From the NCBI GenBank assembly GCA_041937175.2, contig CP166615.1:1536001-1600000 (forward strand): 64,000 nt of DNA, read 5' to 3'. The notes beneath the pieces were generated by a model. That model had not been told where the DNA came from. It searched no databases and worked only from the letters and a program-made list of their open reading frames with translations. Positions 20,095-30,231 of the stretch are shown piece after piece. The stretch's first letter is position 1. Every line of letters starts with the position of its first letter. This DNA comes from Limnothrix sp. BL-A-16. Its GTDB lineage: Bacteria; Cyanobacteriota; Cyanobacteriia; CACIAM-69d. A program made the translations under genes and the position numbers.

Positions 20095-20619
20095 ATGGCT
20101 CCTGAAGAACGCGTTAAACAATATCTTGCCCTTTGGTTGCAGTTGGGTAAGCAAGTGGTGTGCAGTCACGATGATCGCTTGCTGGGAACTCGCCGCACCA
20201 TTGACGGTGAAGCTTACTCCGCAGAATTTGAGCAACTTTGGCAGCAAATTCTCCAAAAACCTCAGGTGTATCACTTGGCGGGCACAACCTGTTCCATGAA
20301 GGATTTATTGTCGGGACATTGGAGCTTGCTGCCCTGTGCAAGGTGTAGTTTGCTCTATCCCATCAATGACAGCTACTTGGAAGCGGGGCCCTGTCCCTGT
20401 CAGGATTTAGCCTCTTGGCCCGATGATGGGCCGCCGCCACGGGGGCCCGTTCGTGTGCAGGATTATTTGGATCAGATTCGGCTACGGCTGTCTCGCCAAA
20501 AGTTGATCCCCACACCGCCCAGCGAGGAAGCGACCGAGGGCGAGGCCCGCGAATCAGATACTTGTAGTTTGCATGGGGGCGGCTTGCATGGGGGGCGATC
20601 GGAGCATTCCCTGTCCTAG
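20095..20619 (+). CDS. Conserved cyanobacterial hypothetical protein
   Basis: VKQYLALWLQLGK...CARC...CPC pattern, recalled from cyanobacterial hypotheticals. Confidence 0.7.
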   Translation: MAPEERVKQYLALWLQLGKQVVCSHDDRLLGTRRTIDGEAYSAEFEQLWQQILQKPQVYHLAGTTCSMKDLLSGHWSLLPCARCSLLYPINDSYLEAGPCPCQDLASWPDDGPPPRGPVRVQDYLDQIRLRLSRQKLIPTPPSEEATEGEARESDTCSLHGGGLHGGRSEHSLS

Positions 20620-20681
20620 GGGTTAATCAACAAGTCAACAGTGCTTGATCTGAGCTACAGACTGCTGGCCATAGACTCCTA

Positions 20682-20808
20682 ATATTTGCAAAGCCAAAAT
20701 TGCTACTCTGCACGCCCCAGCGATCGACATAGACAAGGGGCTTAAGCCCCTTGCCCCCACGACGATTGATGCTTGGCCCGTGCCAAAAGATGCTTGCCAA
20801 ACATCCTC
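20682..20808. mobile_element. MITE family A copy, inverted, left end eroded
   Basis: Right end CCAAACATCCTC followed by TAA; palindrome at 20734-20753; body is the reverse complement of the 49509 copy. Confidence 0.75.
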
Positions 20809-21126
20809 TAATCACATAATCACAGGCGATCGATCGGGTCGCTCGGCATCAGTTTCAGGGTCGGGATGGGGTTCTGGTGGGCTGGACTGTCCGGGTTGGG
20901 TTGCCATCTGGGTTATACTGATCAATCGCGCTCTCAATCGGTCATCGATCGCCCGCTGAAGGATCGCCCGCCTAAGCCGGCCGCAATGGCCGATGCTTCC
21001 AACGGGCCATTGCCTGGAGAAGCGTTTTTGGGGTTGGAGTTGTGGTGAATCTTGCCTCGATCGCTTGATGGGCCGGGATCAACACAACCGCTAAGTTTTA
21101 CCTTTTCGTCCTGCTTGGAGAACGTC

Positions 21127-21363
21127 ATGTCCCGTGTTTGCCAATTGACCGGCAAAAAGGCGAACAACGCCTACGCCATTTCTCACTCGCACCGCCGCAC
21201 CAAAAAGCTCCAAGAAGTTAACCTGCAATGGAAGCGAATTTGGTGGCCCCAAGGTAATCGTTGGGTGCGGTTGCGTCTTTCGACCAAAGCTCTGAAAACC
21301 CTGAACACCAAGGGTCTGCAAGCATTTGCTAAGGAAGCTGGCATTGATTTGAATAAGTGCTAG
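21127..21363 (+). CDS. rpmB: 50S ribosomal protein L28
   Basis: [40 protein letters not shown] lies upstream. Confidence 0.98.
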   Translation: MSRVCQLTGKKANNAYAISHSHRRTKKLQEVNLQWKRIWWPQGNRWVRLRLSTKALKTLNTKGLQAFAKEAGIDLNKC

Positions 21364-21621
21364 GGCTTGTCGTTAAATTTCCTGAAACCCTGATTCCACC
21401 CTTAGCGAATCGATTTCACCCTTAGCGAATCGTGAAAGACAAGGGGCTTAAGCCCCTTGCCCCCACGACGACTGGGATATGGAAAATCAATAGATTGTCT
21501 GAAACATCGATTCCACCCTTAGCGGATCGTGAGAGACAAGGGGCTTAAGCCCCTCGTTACGACGATCGGGATATGGAAAATCAATCGTTTCTGCCTGATC
21601 CTAGGAAATGACGACAAACCC
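21363..21621. mobile_element. MITE family B copy with internal duplications
   Basis: Ends GGGCTTGTCGTTA / TGACGACAAACCC, with TA at 21361-21362 and 21622-21623. Palindromes at 21440-21459 and 21537-21556. Body homologous to 875-1054. Confidence 0.85.
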
Positions 21622-21735
21622 TAATCCCATCCAAAGATTAAGCACTGAGCTGTTTAATCCATCCCGTCCAACTTGTCCCATGTGACAACTTTTGTTGGAT
21701 GGGAATTTTTTTGGGAAATTTGAGGATTTTTCCAG

Positions 21736-22887
21736 TTGCCACAGTCAGCCCGATCCTTGGTTTTGTTGGGAGGCGGTCACAGCCACGCGATCGCCCTGCG
21801 ACGGTTGATCCAAAAACCCCTGCCCAGCGGCGCGATCGACTCAATCACCCTGATCAGCGAAGCACCCCAAGCGCCCTACTCAGGTATGGTTCCCGGCCAT
21901 GTGGCGGGGATTTATAACCGGGAAGATTGTTTTATTGATTTGCAGTCCCTGTGCGATCGGGCGGGGGTGGCGTTACGGGTCGATCGCGTTGTGGGGTTGA
22001 ATTTGGGCGATCGGCAAGTGCAACTAGCCAGCGGGGAAACGGTTGGGTTTCGCTGGCTCTCGGTTAATTTGGGCAGCACGCCCCTGGTTCCCCCGGGTGT
22101 TCAACCGCTTCTGGGGCGATCGATTATTGCCGCGAAGCCGATCCAAGCCCTGTTGGCAAACTGGGACGCGCTGTTGTCGGCCTTGCCCCAATGGGGATCC
22201 AAACCGTTGCGGTTGGTGGTGGTGGGCGGTGGTGCAGGTGGTGTTGAGCTGGCCTTGGCGGCTCAGCGACGTTTGCAACCCCTGGCGGGCGATCGCCTGT
22301 CGATTACTTTGATCCAGCGAGAGGCAAAACTTCTACCTCACTTGGCCCCGGCGGTGGGCGATCGGGTGGCCCAGGTACTGCAATCCCAAGGAATTGAGCT
22401 GGTTTTGAGTGAGACCATCACCCACGCCACTTTCGTAGGCACAGATACCCAGTTGCGGGCTGCCTCGGGGCAATTGTTTTGGGGCGATCGGGTGCTGTGG
22501 GCCACCCAAGCCGCTGCGGCCCCTTGGTTGGCGGCCACCGGCCTCGCCACGGATCCCCAGGGATTCATTGCGGTTAACCGCTATCTGCAATCCTGCTCCC
22601 ATCCCCAGGTCTTTGCGGCGGGAGATGTGGCGACCATGCTGGAGCAGCCACGCCCCAAAGCTGGCGTGTTTGCGGTGCGTCAAGGCCGCCCCCTGGCTGA
22701 CAACTTGCGAGCGGCCATTTTGGGCCAGCCCCTGAAGCCTTTCAAAGCCCAAAAGCAGTTTCTCAGCCTCATTAATTTAGCCAATGGCCAGGCGATCGCT
22801 ACCCGTGGCAATTGGACTTTTACAGGCGCTTGGGCTTGGATTTGGAAAGATTATATTGATCGGAAATTTATGCGGCAATTTCAATAG
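21736..22887 (+). CDS. FAD-dependent pyridine nucleotide-disulfide oxidoreductase (like the N-terminal domain of SelD fusions)
   Basis: LVLLGGGHSH, YSGMVPG, VVGGGAGGVE, FAAGDVA, PKAGVFAVRQG, WKDYIDRKFM. Confidence 0.88.
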   Translation: MPQSARSLVLLGGGHSHAIALRRLIQKPLPSGAIDSITLISEAPQAPYSGMVPGHVAGIYNREDCFIDLQSLCDRAGVALRVDRVVGLNLGDRQVQLASGETVGFRWLSVNLGSTPLVPPGVQPLLGRSIIAAKPIQALLANWDALLSALPQWGSKPLRLVVVGGGAGGVELALAAQRRLQPLAGDRLSITLIQREAKLLPHLAPAVGDRVAQVLQSQGIELVLSETITHATFVGTDTQLRAASGQLFWGDRVLWATQAAAAPWLAATGLATDPQGFIAVNRYLQSCSHPQVFAAGDVATMLEQPRPKAGVFAVRQGRPLADNLRAAILGQPLKPFKAQKQFLSLINLANGQAIATRGNWTFTGAWAWIWKDYIDRKFMRQFQ

Positions 22888-22907
22888 CTTGAAAGTAAGT
22901 ATTTTTA

Positions 22908-23061
22908 GATAGTCTCTAAAAAGTTTCTTTGATCCTGACCAAGTGTTAATTCAAAGTGTTAATGCAAGGAGCAATAGTCGTGGTGCAAGGGGCTTAAGCC
23001 CCTTGTTTATGATGATAGCTCAGGCATACAGAATAGCAATTTTGACCTTTCAAGTATCCTT
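22908..23061. mobile_element. Degenerate MITE family A copy
   Basis: Intact palindrome at 22986-23005, followed by CATACAGAATAGCAATTTTGACCTTTC, which resembles the family A right arm. Ends are approximate. Confidence 0.6.
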
Positions 23062-23104
23062 TTAAATTTCAAAATTCCTAGAGTTTTCACCACAACTCTC
23101 AAGA

Positions 23105-25063
23105 TTAGCTGTCTCGTAAACATTGCGCGTCTAACAGCACCCAGGTTTGATCTTGCAACACGGCGCAACTATTCATTAGGGATTGCACGAGGGGTATTTG
23201 TCCTTGCCTCAGGGTTTGCAGCGCTGGCTCACTGGCCTCTGGATATTGCTCTAGCCAAGAATCTTTGAGGTAATTTTCTGAAAAAGCGGCTCGATCGATC
23301 AGCCAAAATGAAATGTGATATCGCGCCAAAAAGAATTTCATGGTTTGGGCATCGGTGCTGTATTGGGCTTCAATGGTTCGTAAAATTCGTTCCCGAAACA
23401 GGCGGTAATATCCCAGATGATAGGGGACAGCGTATTCTTTTCCCGTGAGAATTGAACGTCCTGCAAAAGTGGGAATGTCATCACCAACATTGCTCAGAGA
23501 AGCAGTTTTAATATCAATTGGTTGACTCTGAAGGAATTGATAAAGCTTGGCGGCACGACCCGTTTGATAGCTATTCGCTGGAAAAGTAGGAACTAACAGC
23601 GGATACCCCAACACCAGCACAATTAAAATAACGCTGAAGCTTCTGGAAACATAGATTTTCCAGCGAAGGGATTTTGGTTTTGGTCGAATGGCTTGTGAAA
23701 TTGGGGCATTGAAAAGCGGGGGCAAGGAATAAACCGCAGAGGAATCAAAATTTGGAATCGATCGCCCGGCCCAGCGCTGGAGAGCTTCCCAAACAACCAC
23801 AAGGCTAATGGCCGCTGCGATCGCGATTATGATTCGGAAGCTATGCCCCGTGTAGCGACTGGGCAAATGAAGCCGAAACAGCAAACCATGGGCCAACAAA
23901 AACCACCCGATCGAAGCCAAGCCCAGTTGCCATAAATTGTTAACCTCAGGCGTAATGCGGTGGCTGAGGGGAAATCGCGCTTGAATACCTTTGAACTGAG
24001 AAAGAGACAGTTGAAAAACGGGCAAAGCAAAGCCAAAAATCAAAGTAACTGGTGTCAGGAGCGATCGGGGAATGAGATTAGTACCGCGACCGAAAAACCA
24101 GTAATCAATCCAGTCGCGATCGAAAATATTTGTGCGTCCCCCATCCAGAAATTCCGGCATTGCACGGGCAATTTTTTCAGAAACCACCGGCCCAAAATTC
24201 TGCCCCAAAAAGAGCACCGGCAACAGCACAAAAAACAAGCTGCCCAAAGCACCAATATATAAAAATAGTTGTTGACGTTCCGCATCAATAAGGCGGCTTT
24301 GAATTGCCAAAACCAGATCTGATTTCTGTAATGCCAAGTCTTCTGCCACGTTCAAGTCCGAAGGATCGCGAATCGTCCAAGTGGCCGACAACCAGGCGCG
24401 TTCTAGCTTTTGATAGCCTACCCAAGCAAGTTTTAGCGAAATCAAACCACCAGAAACCAAGGCATAGGTTGGACAAATTAACCCCTGAAGGGCAATGGAA
24501 CTCCACAACAATTGAGGCGATTTTCGAACTAATCCATCTAAAACTGCTAAGAAGAGCGGAAAGGCAAAGGCTCGCGACGTACCAGAAACCAGATCATCCT
24601 TGAGCCAAAGACTTTGATTGAGCAAGATAGTTGCTAAAAAACCGGCCACCGGAACTGGGAAAATGGCAAAAGTGACCCGATAGGTAAAGAAGGTGATAAT
24701 CAGTCCAAGGATCGGCGGTAGGAGCTTATTAAAAATCAGGGGATTGATTTGCAAAAAAGCGGCCAGTTGATAGAGTTTGGTGTAGCCGATCGGGGCGATC
24801 GATTCAAAATAATCAGCAATCAAATCATTATGAAAAAGGCTAGGATTTAAAAATCGCTGCATCCAAAACACATGTTGGCGAGCGTCATCCTGCACCACAA
24901 ACTCACCGCTGAACCCTTGATGCAGGGACAGGCCACCATAGAGCGCTGCGATCGCTAGACTCCACCACAAGGGCCAGGGCGATCGCCCCGATCGATCAAA
25001 ACAAATTTGCACGAGACGATCGCGCCAGTTCCGCCCTTGAGGATGATTAACAAAATTGCTCAC
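23105..25063 (-). CDS. Polytopic membrane protein, possible GT-C-like glycosyltransferase
   Basis: Many TM helices; an acidic QDDARQH motif in the first loop. Confidence 0.6.
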   Translation of the reverse strand: MSNFVNHPQGRNWRDRLVQICFDRSGRSPWPLWWSLAIAALYGGLSLHQGFSGEFVVQDDARQHVFWMQRFLNPSLFHNDLIADYFESIAPIGYTKLYQLAAFLQINPLIFNKLLPPILGLIITFFTYRVTFAIFPVPVAGFLATILLNQSLWLKDDLVSGTSRAFAFPLFLAVLDGLVRKSPQLLWSSIALQGLICPTYALVSGGLISLKLAWVGYQKLERAWLSATWTIRDPSDLNVAEDLALQKSDLVLAIQSRLIDAERQQLFLYIGALGSLFFVLLPVLFLGQNFGPVVSEKIARAMPEFLDGGRTNIFDRDWIDYWFFGRGTNLIPRSLLTPVTLIFGFALPVFQLSLSQFKGIQARFPLSHRITPEVNNLWQLGLASIGWFLLAHGLLFRLHLPSRYTGHSFRIIIAIAAAISLVVVWEALQRWAGRSIPNFDSSAVYSLPPLFNAPISQAIRPKPKSLRWKIYVSRSFSVILIVLVLGYPLLVPTFPANSYQTGRAAKLYQFLQSQPIDIKTASLSNVGDDIPTFAGRSILTGKEYAVPYHLGYYRLFRERILRTIEAQYSTDAQTMKFFLARYHISFWLIDRAAFSENYLKDSWLEQYPEASEPALQTLRQGQIPLVQSLMNSCAVLQDQTWVLLDAQCLRDS

Positions 25064-25298
25064 GGCATCAGCCCAGATTGATTTTTTGATAGCTCGTCAA
25101 TTTATCGATCGTCAGTTGATGAGCAACCGATCATCAATGGACAAGTGATATGATTCTACTGAATTTTCAGAAAGCTTACCCCGGCAAGATTGACAGCAAA
25201 GGAATCAAGACCCCCAAGCACAAAATCAACAAGAAACCCATCAATCAAATTTTGTCAGTCTCAAGGTTCTGTAATTTATTGGTAATTTCACGACAGAA

Positions 25299-26276
25299 CT
25301 ACAACAGTCCCAAAGTTCTGAGGCAACGATAGGTAATTTCCTTGCGAGCGGTTGCCTGAGCCGGTTCCTGGAGTTCTAGGTTTGTGGCAAAGAAATAGAC
25401 CTGTTCATTTTGCTCCAAATAGCCCACATACCAGCCAATTTGAGGGTTCGCGCTCATGGCCCAGCCCGTTTTCGCTCTGACGGTGTATTGTGCCGTTTGA
25501 TCCATGATCATGATGTCTTTCACGATCGCGATCGCCCGTTCAGAAAAAGGCAACTGGTTTAGATAAAGACGCTGAAGAAACTGAATTTGTTCTTCGGGGG
25601 TAATTTTGAGCGGGCCCGAAAGCCAAAATTGATCAATATTAGAGGAATCGCCAATGTTGCGATCGCCGTAATTTGCCCCAATCACCCCAGCTTTCATACG
25701 CTCATAGCCAACACGCCGAGCCAGAATTTGATAGAACCAGACGGCTGAAACCTTGAAGGCCTCGCGCATGTTTAAATCTTGGTTCCAACCGGGAAAGGGT
25801 CGCTGAATGCCATCCCAAGTGAACCGCACATCTTGATCGGGAATCACTTGGGCATCAAGGGAAATTAGCGAATTTAAAATCTTGAAAGTGGAAGCGGGAG
25901 AAAACGGCGTTTGATTGCGCTCTGGATTGTGTTCATAAATTTGATTCTTCTGAGGGTCATAAATAATAATGGAGCCTTCAACGTTGAGATCTTGAAAATG
26001 TTGACCAAATTCAGAAACCACTTGTCGCTTGATCACAGCTTGCGGTTGAGATTTTGGTGTTAGTAATGCTTGTGAAAATTCTTGATGAGTCACCAACAAA
26101 TTAATTGGTTTTTCAATCAGGCTTTCGTTGGTTTTAGCCAAGCTGGGCAGAGAAAAATTTAGACAACAAAAACTTAAAAATGAACCAATTATTATCAAAA
26201 TCTGATCGCTCATTCGATAATTAGATTGATTCTTTTTTTGATCACTTGGTTGATTGCTGATTTGACTATTTTTCAT
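25299..26276 (-). CDS. Class D beta-lactamase (OXA-like) / penicillin-binding family protein
   Basis: PASTFKI, SAV, YGD (YGN-like), FWL, KTGW, GWYVG; N-terminal signal/TM segment. Confidence 0.88.
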   Translation of the reverse strand: MKNSQISNQPSDQKKNQSNYRMSDQILIIIGSFLSFCCLNFSLPSLAKTNESLIEKPINLLVTHQEFSQALLTPKSQPQAVIKRQVVSEFGQHFQDLNVEGSIIIYDPQKNQIYEHNPERNQTPFSPASTFKILNSLISLDAQVIPDQDVRFTWDGIQRPFPGWNQDLNMREAFKVSAVWFYQILARRVGYERMKAGVIGANYGDRNIGDSSNIDQFWLSGPLKITPEEQIQFLQRLYLNQLPFSERAIAIVKDIMIMDQTAQYTVRAKTGWAMSANPQIGWYVGYLEQNEQVYFFATNLELQEPAQATARKEITYRCLRTLGLL

Positions 26277-26456
26277 GATTCTATAATTAATGAAAATTCA
26301 AAAAATACCTAGATTAACCTAGGTTTTGGCTCAATAACTCGAACTGAGTTGGCCGTTCCAGCATACCACTAATTTGATCCCTCTTAAACCAGATCCAAGA
26401 TGGTTTCCAGCTTAAAATCAGGAAGTGAATGAAATACCAACCAATCTCAATCAACC

Positions 26457-27104
26457 ATGAGTGATCATCAACCCAGTTTAGAAACTGAGACAACGCCAGC
26501 TATCAACCCCGATCGCCTGCAAAAAATTAAGGCCGCCAAGGACAAGGCCCGAAACAATCGAGCTGGCAACGAACGGGGTTTATATTTGCTATTCACCGGA
26601 TTGGGCAAAGGCAAAACCAGCAGCGCCATGAACTTGGTCTATCGCCATTTAGCCCATGATTTGCCCGTGGCGGTGGTGCAATTTGTGAAAAATAACGAGG
26701 CGTTTCCCGATGGCGATCGCCTGTTGCTCACCCGGTTGCAAAACTTGGGATTTCCGGTGCAAATGCACACCATGGGCGGTGGATTCACCTGGGAAACCCA
26801 GGATCCCGATCGCGATCGGGCCATGGCCGCCGCTGCCTGGGAACAAGCCCTAATTTATATCCAAGATCCGCAAATTTCCCTGGTGGTGCTCGATGAGCTG
26901 CACATTGCCCTCAAGCATCAGCAACTGGATCTGGAGCTGGTGCAGGGGGGAATTCAAAATCGGCCTCACCATTGCCATGTGGCAAGCACGGGGCGTTATG
27001 CTCCTCAGGGGTTGATTGAAATGGCGGATTTGGTGACTGAAATGAACCGCATCAAACACCCGATCGCCCAGGGAATTCCCGCCCAGCAGGGTATTGAGTT
27101 TTAA
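26457..27104 (+). CDS. cobO: Cob(I)yrinic acid a,c-diamide adenosyltransferase
   Basis: FTGLGKGKTSSA, VQFVK, GFTWETQD, VLDEL, TGRYAP, KHP...AQQGIEF. Confidence 0.93.
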   Translation: MSDHQPSLETETTPAINPDRLQKIKAAKDKARNNRAGNERGLYLLFTGLGKGKTSSAMNLVYRHLAHDLPVAVVQFVKNNEAFPDGDRLLLTRLQNLGFPVQMHTMGGGFTWETQDPDRDRAMAAAAWEQALIYIQDPQISLVVLDELHIALKHQQLDLELVQGGIQNRPHHCHVASTGRYAPQGLIEMADLVTEMNRIKHPIAQGIPAQQGIEF

Positions 27105-27111
27105 AAAGCCT

Positions 27112-27133
27112 CAGGGCGCAGGATTGCGCCCTG
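27112..27133 (+). terminator. Hairpin downstream of cobO
   Basis: CAGGGCGCA-GGAT-TGCGCCCTG, a 9-bp stem with no clear U tract. Confidence 0.4.
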
Positions 27134-27463
27134 CATTCATCATAGGTTACGAATCTGGGGTGATTGCAATCTTGCTTGATATTTCTTAATCAAAAAGACA
27201 ACGAACTCTAAAGATTCTCAGCCGTTTGTGAACCGTACCTTTGGCCCCCGCCGATCGGGAAACTGCTCCAGGCGATCCGGTTGCCCGCCTTGAGAGACTG
27301 AATAGCCAATCTGCGATCGATAGCAGTGAAATTGGGTAAATTCGGAAGAGGCTGAACGTTGCTGAACGTTGCCGCTGAATGCTTGACCCTTCACCATGCC
27401 CCTTTGCTATCGCATCAATCAAGCGGACATCCCAGGCAAGAGACCCCAACCGAGAACCTGGCC

Positions 27464-28438
27464 ATGAACTGGGCAATTGAAACCCGTGGTTTAAGTAAAC
27501 AGTTCGATCGCAAGCTGGCCGTCAATCAGGTGGATTTGAAAATTTCCCCTGGGGAAGTTTATGGGCTAATTGGTCCCAACGGAGCAGGCAAAACCACTCT
27601 GATTCGGATGTTGGCGGCCGTGGAAGCGCCAACTCTCGGGGAAATTTTGATTGATGGTGAATATTTAACGGGTGAATCTCTCAGCAGTGAAGATCCCCAT
27701 CGGCGCGGTCGGCGGGCAAAACTGAAACAGCGAATTGGCTTTTTACCGGACGATTTCCCGGTCTATGAAGATCTGACCGTTTGGGATTATTTGGACTATT
27801 TTGGGCGGCTCTATGGCCTGCGGCGATCGCACCTGCGGCAGCGGCTTTATGAAGTGCTGGATTTGGTGCAACTGCTGCCGAAACGAGATAGCCCGATCGC
27901 CACCCTTTCGCGCGGCATGAAACAGCGGCTGAGCCTAGCTCGCACCATTATTCACGAGCCGATTTTGCTCCTGTTGGATGAACCCGTTTCCGGCCTTGAC
28001 CCGATCGCCCGTTTGGAATTTCGCAACCTGATGCGGATTTTGCAAGGGGCTGGCATGACCGTGCTGATTTCGTCCCATGTGCTCAGCGACTTGGCGGAAC
28101 TTTGCACCGCGATCGGGGTGATGGAACTGGGGCGGTTGGTGGCCAGCGCACCTCTGGAAGCCCTCTACGCCCAATTTGCACGCCACACCCTGGTCATCAC
28201 AGCCCTCGATCGGCTCAATGATTTGCAAACGATCCTGAAAGCCGACCCAAGGGCGATCGCCTGGGAATGTCATCCCACCACCGGCCGCATTACTGTGGAT
28301 TTTCAGGGTGATGAAACCGACTGCGCCAACCTGCTCGGGGAAATGGTGCGGGCCCAAATTCCGATTGTGGAATTCCGGCGCGATCGAGAAAGCCTGGAGC
28401 AAATTTTCTTGAAACTGGGACACCAACAAGCTTCATGA
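27464..28438 (+). CDS. ABC-2 type transporter ATP-binding protein
   Basis: GPNGAGKTT, LSRGMKQR, LLLDEP, SSH. Confidence 0.95.
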   Translation: MNWAIETRGLSKQFDRKLAVNQVDLKISPGEVYGLIGPNGAGKTTLIRMLAAVEAPTLGEILIDGEYLTGESLSSEDPHRRGRRAKLKQRIGFLPDDFPVYEDLTVWDYLDYFGRLYGLRRSHLRQRLYEVLDLVQLLPKRDSPIATLSRGMKQRLSLARTIIHEPILLLLDEPVSGLDPIARLEFRNLMRILQGAGMTVLISSHVLSDLAELCTAIGVMELGRLVASAPLEALYAQFARHTLVITALDRLNDLQTILKADPRAIAWECHPTTGRITVDFQGDETDCANLLGEMVRAQIPIVEFRRDRESLEQIFLKLGHQQAS

Positions 28439-30141
28439 ACCCCCACCCCTCACGTTGGCTGAATCGCCTGCAAACCACCCAACGATCGCTCAAAATTCAG
28501 CTCGATCGCTGGCTCGATCGGCTCGGAAACTGGAATCCCCAACTGCTGCGAGAACTGAAAGGCAACTGCACCTCGCGCAACTTGACCTTAGCCACCCTTA
28601 GCTCCCTGATTGCCCAAGCAACCTTTTGGATGTGCTGGCAAAGGATCGCCGTTGAAACCGCCACCGTTGCCACCGAAACCGAAGGCATCCTGCGGTTTTA
28701 TTGCACTGGCGAGGCCGATGAAGAACTGCGAGCTTGTGAATTGCTGTCATCCTCAACCTTTGCGGTGAATTGGCCCATATGGTGGCTGGACTTGTTCTTT
28801 TGGCTGTCTTCAATTTTGGTGGGCCTGTTGGTTTTGGGTGGCACTCAGGCCCTCATCGCCAACTGGCTTGAAGAAACCAAACAGGGAACCCTTGACTTCA
28901 TCCGCATGACCCCGGAACCCAGCCATCGAGTTTTGTTGGGAAAACTGTTGGGTGCGCCGGCCCTGATTCATTGGGCAGTGCTGCTGGCCTTGCCCCTACA
29001 TACCCTAGTTGGCCTGCAAGCGGGCCTTGGTGTTAGCGGCCTGTTGCTGGTGGATGGCACAGCGGTGGCTTTTCTAGGCGCGCTTTATCTGTTGGGGTTG
29101 TCTTATGCCAGCGTCAGCGACAGCAGACAAGCCCTATCCGCTTGGGCCTTTGGCATTTTGGGCCTCTTCCTGTTTGCCCCCGTCCTGACGATCGCCCGAG
29201 GGGTGATGATCCGAGGCACGATGGACACCCCTGTATCCCCTTCCTGGGTGTGGTTTGGTCAAGATTTGATCGTCCAGCCGCAGCTTTGCGCCGCCATCGC
29301 GATCGCTGGGTTTGCGGGGGTGGCCCTGGCTTTTTGGCAAGCCGTGACCCGACGGTTTCAGAACCCCGCTAACACCTGCATCACCAAAGTGCAAAGCTAT
29401 TGGCTGACGATCGGGTTCAACCTGTTGGCTATGGGGTTTTTTGTGCCCTGGCATCCAACCCAATTCAAAGCTTGGGCGGTGGTGGGCTTCTTTTGGCTGA
29501 TTCAAATGTTCGCTTGGGTGGTGTTGCTGTTGCCCCCGCGCCAAACCCTGTTGGACTGGGCCCGCTATCGCCATCTTCAAAAAAACCGAGACGCGCGATC
29601 GAACCAACGGGCGATCGATGACTGGCTGTGGGGAGAAAACAGCCCGCCCCTGTTGGCCTTGCTGGTAAACGGTGGGCTAACGATCGCCCTTTGGTCGCCT
29701 TGGGCCCTGGCCTTTGGTTTCAACAGCTCCACCCAAGGCCTGTTGGTGTTGGTGGCGATCGGCTGTACCACGGGTTTAGTGCTGCTCTATGGAGCGCTGG
29801 CCCAGTGGGCCCTGCTGTGGCGGGTGCGCCAACCGGTCGCCTGGGCCACGGGATTGGTGGGAGCGGCGATCATCGGTTCGCTCGTGCTGGGTCTGATCAT
29901 GCGATCGCGCGATGCGATCGGGTGGACCAATGCTTGGGACTGGGTTTGGCTCATGACCCCTGTGGCCCCGATGCTGATGGGCATCATTTCTGATCCGCTT
30001 TCCCTGAGCATGGCGGGAGTGGCCTTTGCGATCAACGGTGTGGCGGCCGTGGGGATCAGTTATGTGGCCCTGAACCAGCTCGATCGGCTGGGGCGATCGG
30101 AGTCGGCGGCGTTGATTCAGGGCGATCGCCCCCAAGTCTAG
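28435..30141 (+). CDS. ABC-2 type transporter permease-like membrane protein
   Basis: ATGA overlap with the ATPase; NPQLLRELKG and EETKQGTLDFIRMTP; multiple TM helices. Confidence 0.82.
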   Translation: MNPHPSRWLNRLQTTQRSLKIQLDRWLDRLGNWNPQLLRELKGNCTSRNLTLATLSSLIAQATFWMCWQRIAVETATVATETEGILRFYCTGEADEELRACELLSSSTFAVNWPIWWLDLFFWLSSILVGLLVLGGTQALIANWLEETKQGTLDFIRMTPEPSHRVLLGKLLGAPALIHWAVLLALPLHTLVGLQAGLGVSGLLLVDGTAVAFLGALYLLGLSYASVSDSRQALSAWAFGILGLFLFAPVLTIARGVMIRGTMDTPVSPSWVWFGQDLIVQPQLCAAIAIAGFAGVALAFWQAVTRRFQNPANTCITKVQSYWLTIGFNLLAMGFFVPWHPTQFKAWAVVGFFWLIQMFAWVVLLLPPRQTLLDWARYRHLQKNRDARSNQRAIDDWLWGENSPPLLALLVNGGLTIALWSPWALAFGFNSSTQGLLVLVAIGCTTGLVLLYGALAQWALLWRVRQPVAWATGLVGAAIIGSLVLGLIMRSRDAIGWTNAWDWVWLMTPVAPMLMGIISDPLSLSMAGVAFAINGVAAVGISYVALNQLDRLGRSESAALIQGDRPQV

Positions 30142-30231
30142 GAATTCAATAGGAACGCTATAGGAATTCAACCCGCATGATTCATCAACAACTCAAGCGG
30201 GTTCCATCCATTTTTTCACTCAGGCCAAATC

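Noticed and set aside
21363..21621. CRISPR-like appearance of recurring palindromes (also 912-990)
   Set aside because: The intervening sequences are themselves duplicated rather than unique spacers, the unit is bounded by TIRs with a TA duplication, and no cas genes are present.
21736..22887. Selenium utilisation locus
   Set aside because: Only the oxidoreductase domain is present; no SelD domain, in-frame UGA or sel genes in the window.
26277..26456. Cobalamin riboswitch upstream of cobO (also considered for cobU)
   Set aside because: No B12-box or other conserved riboswitch elements recognised.
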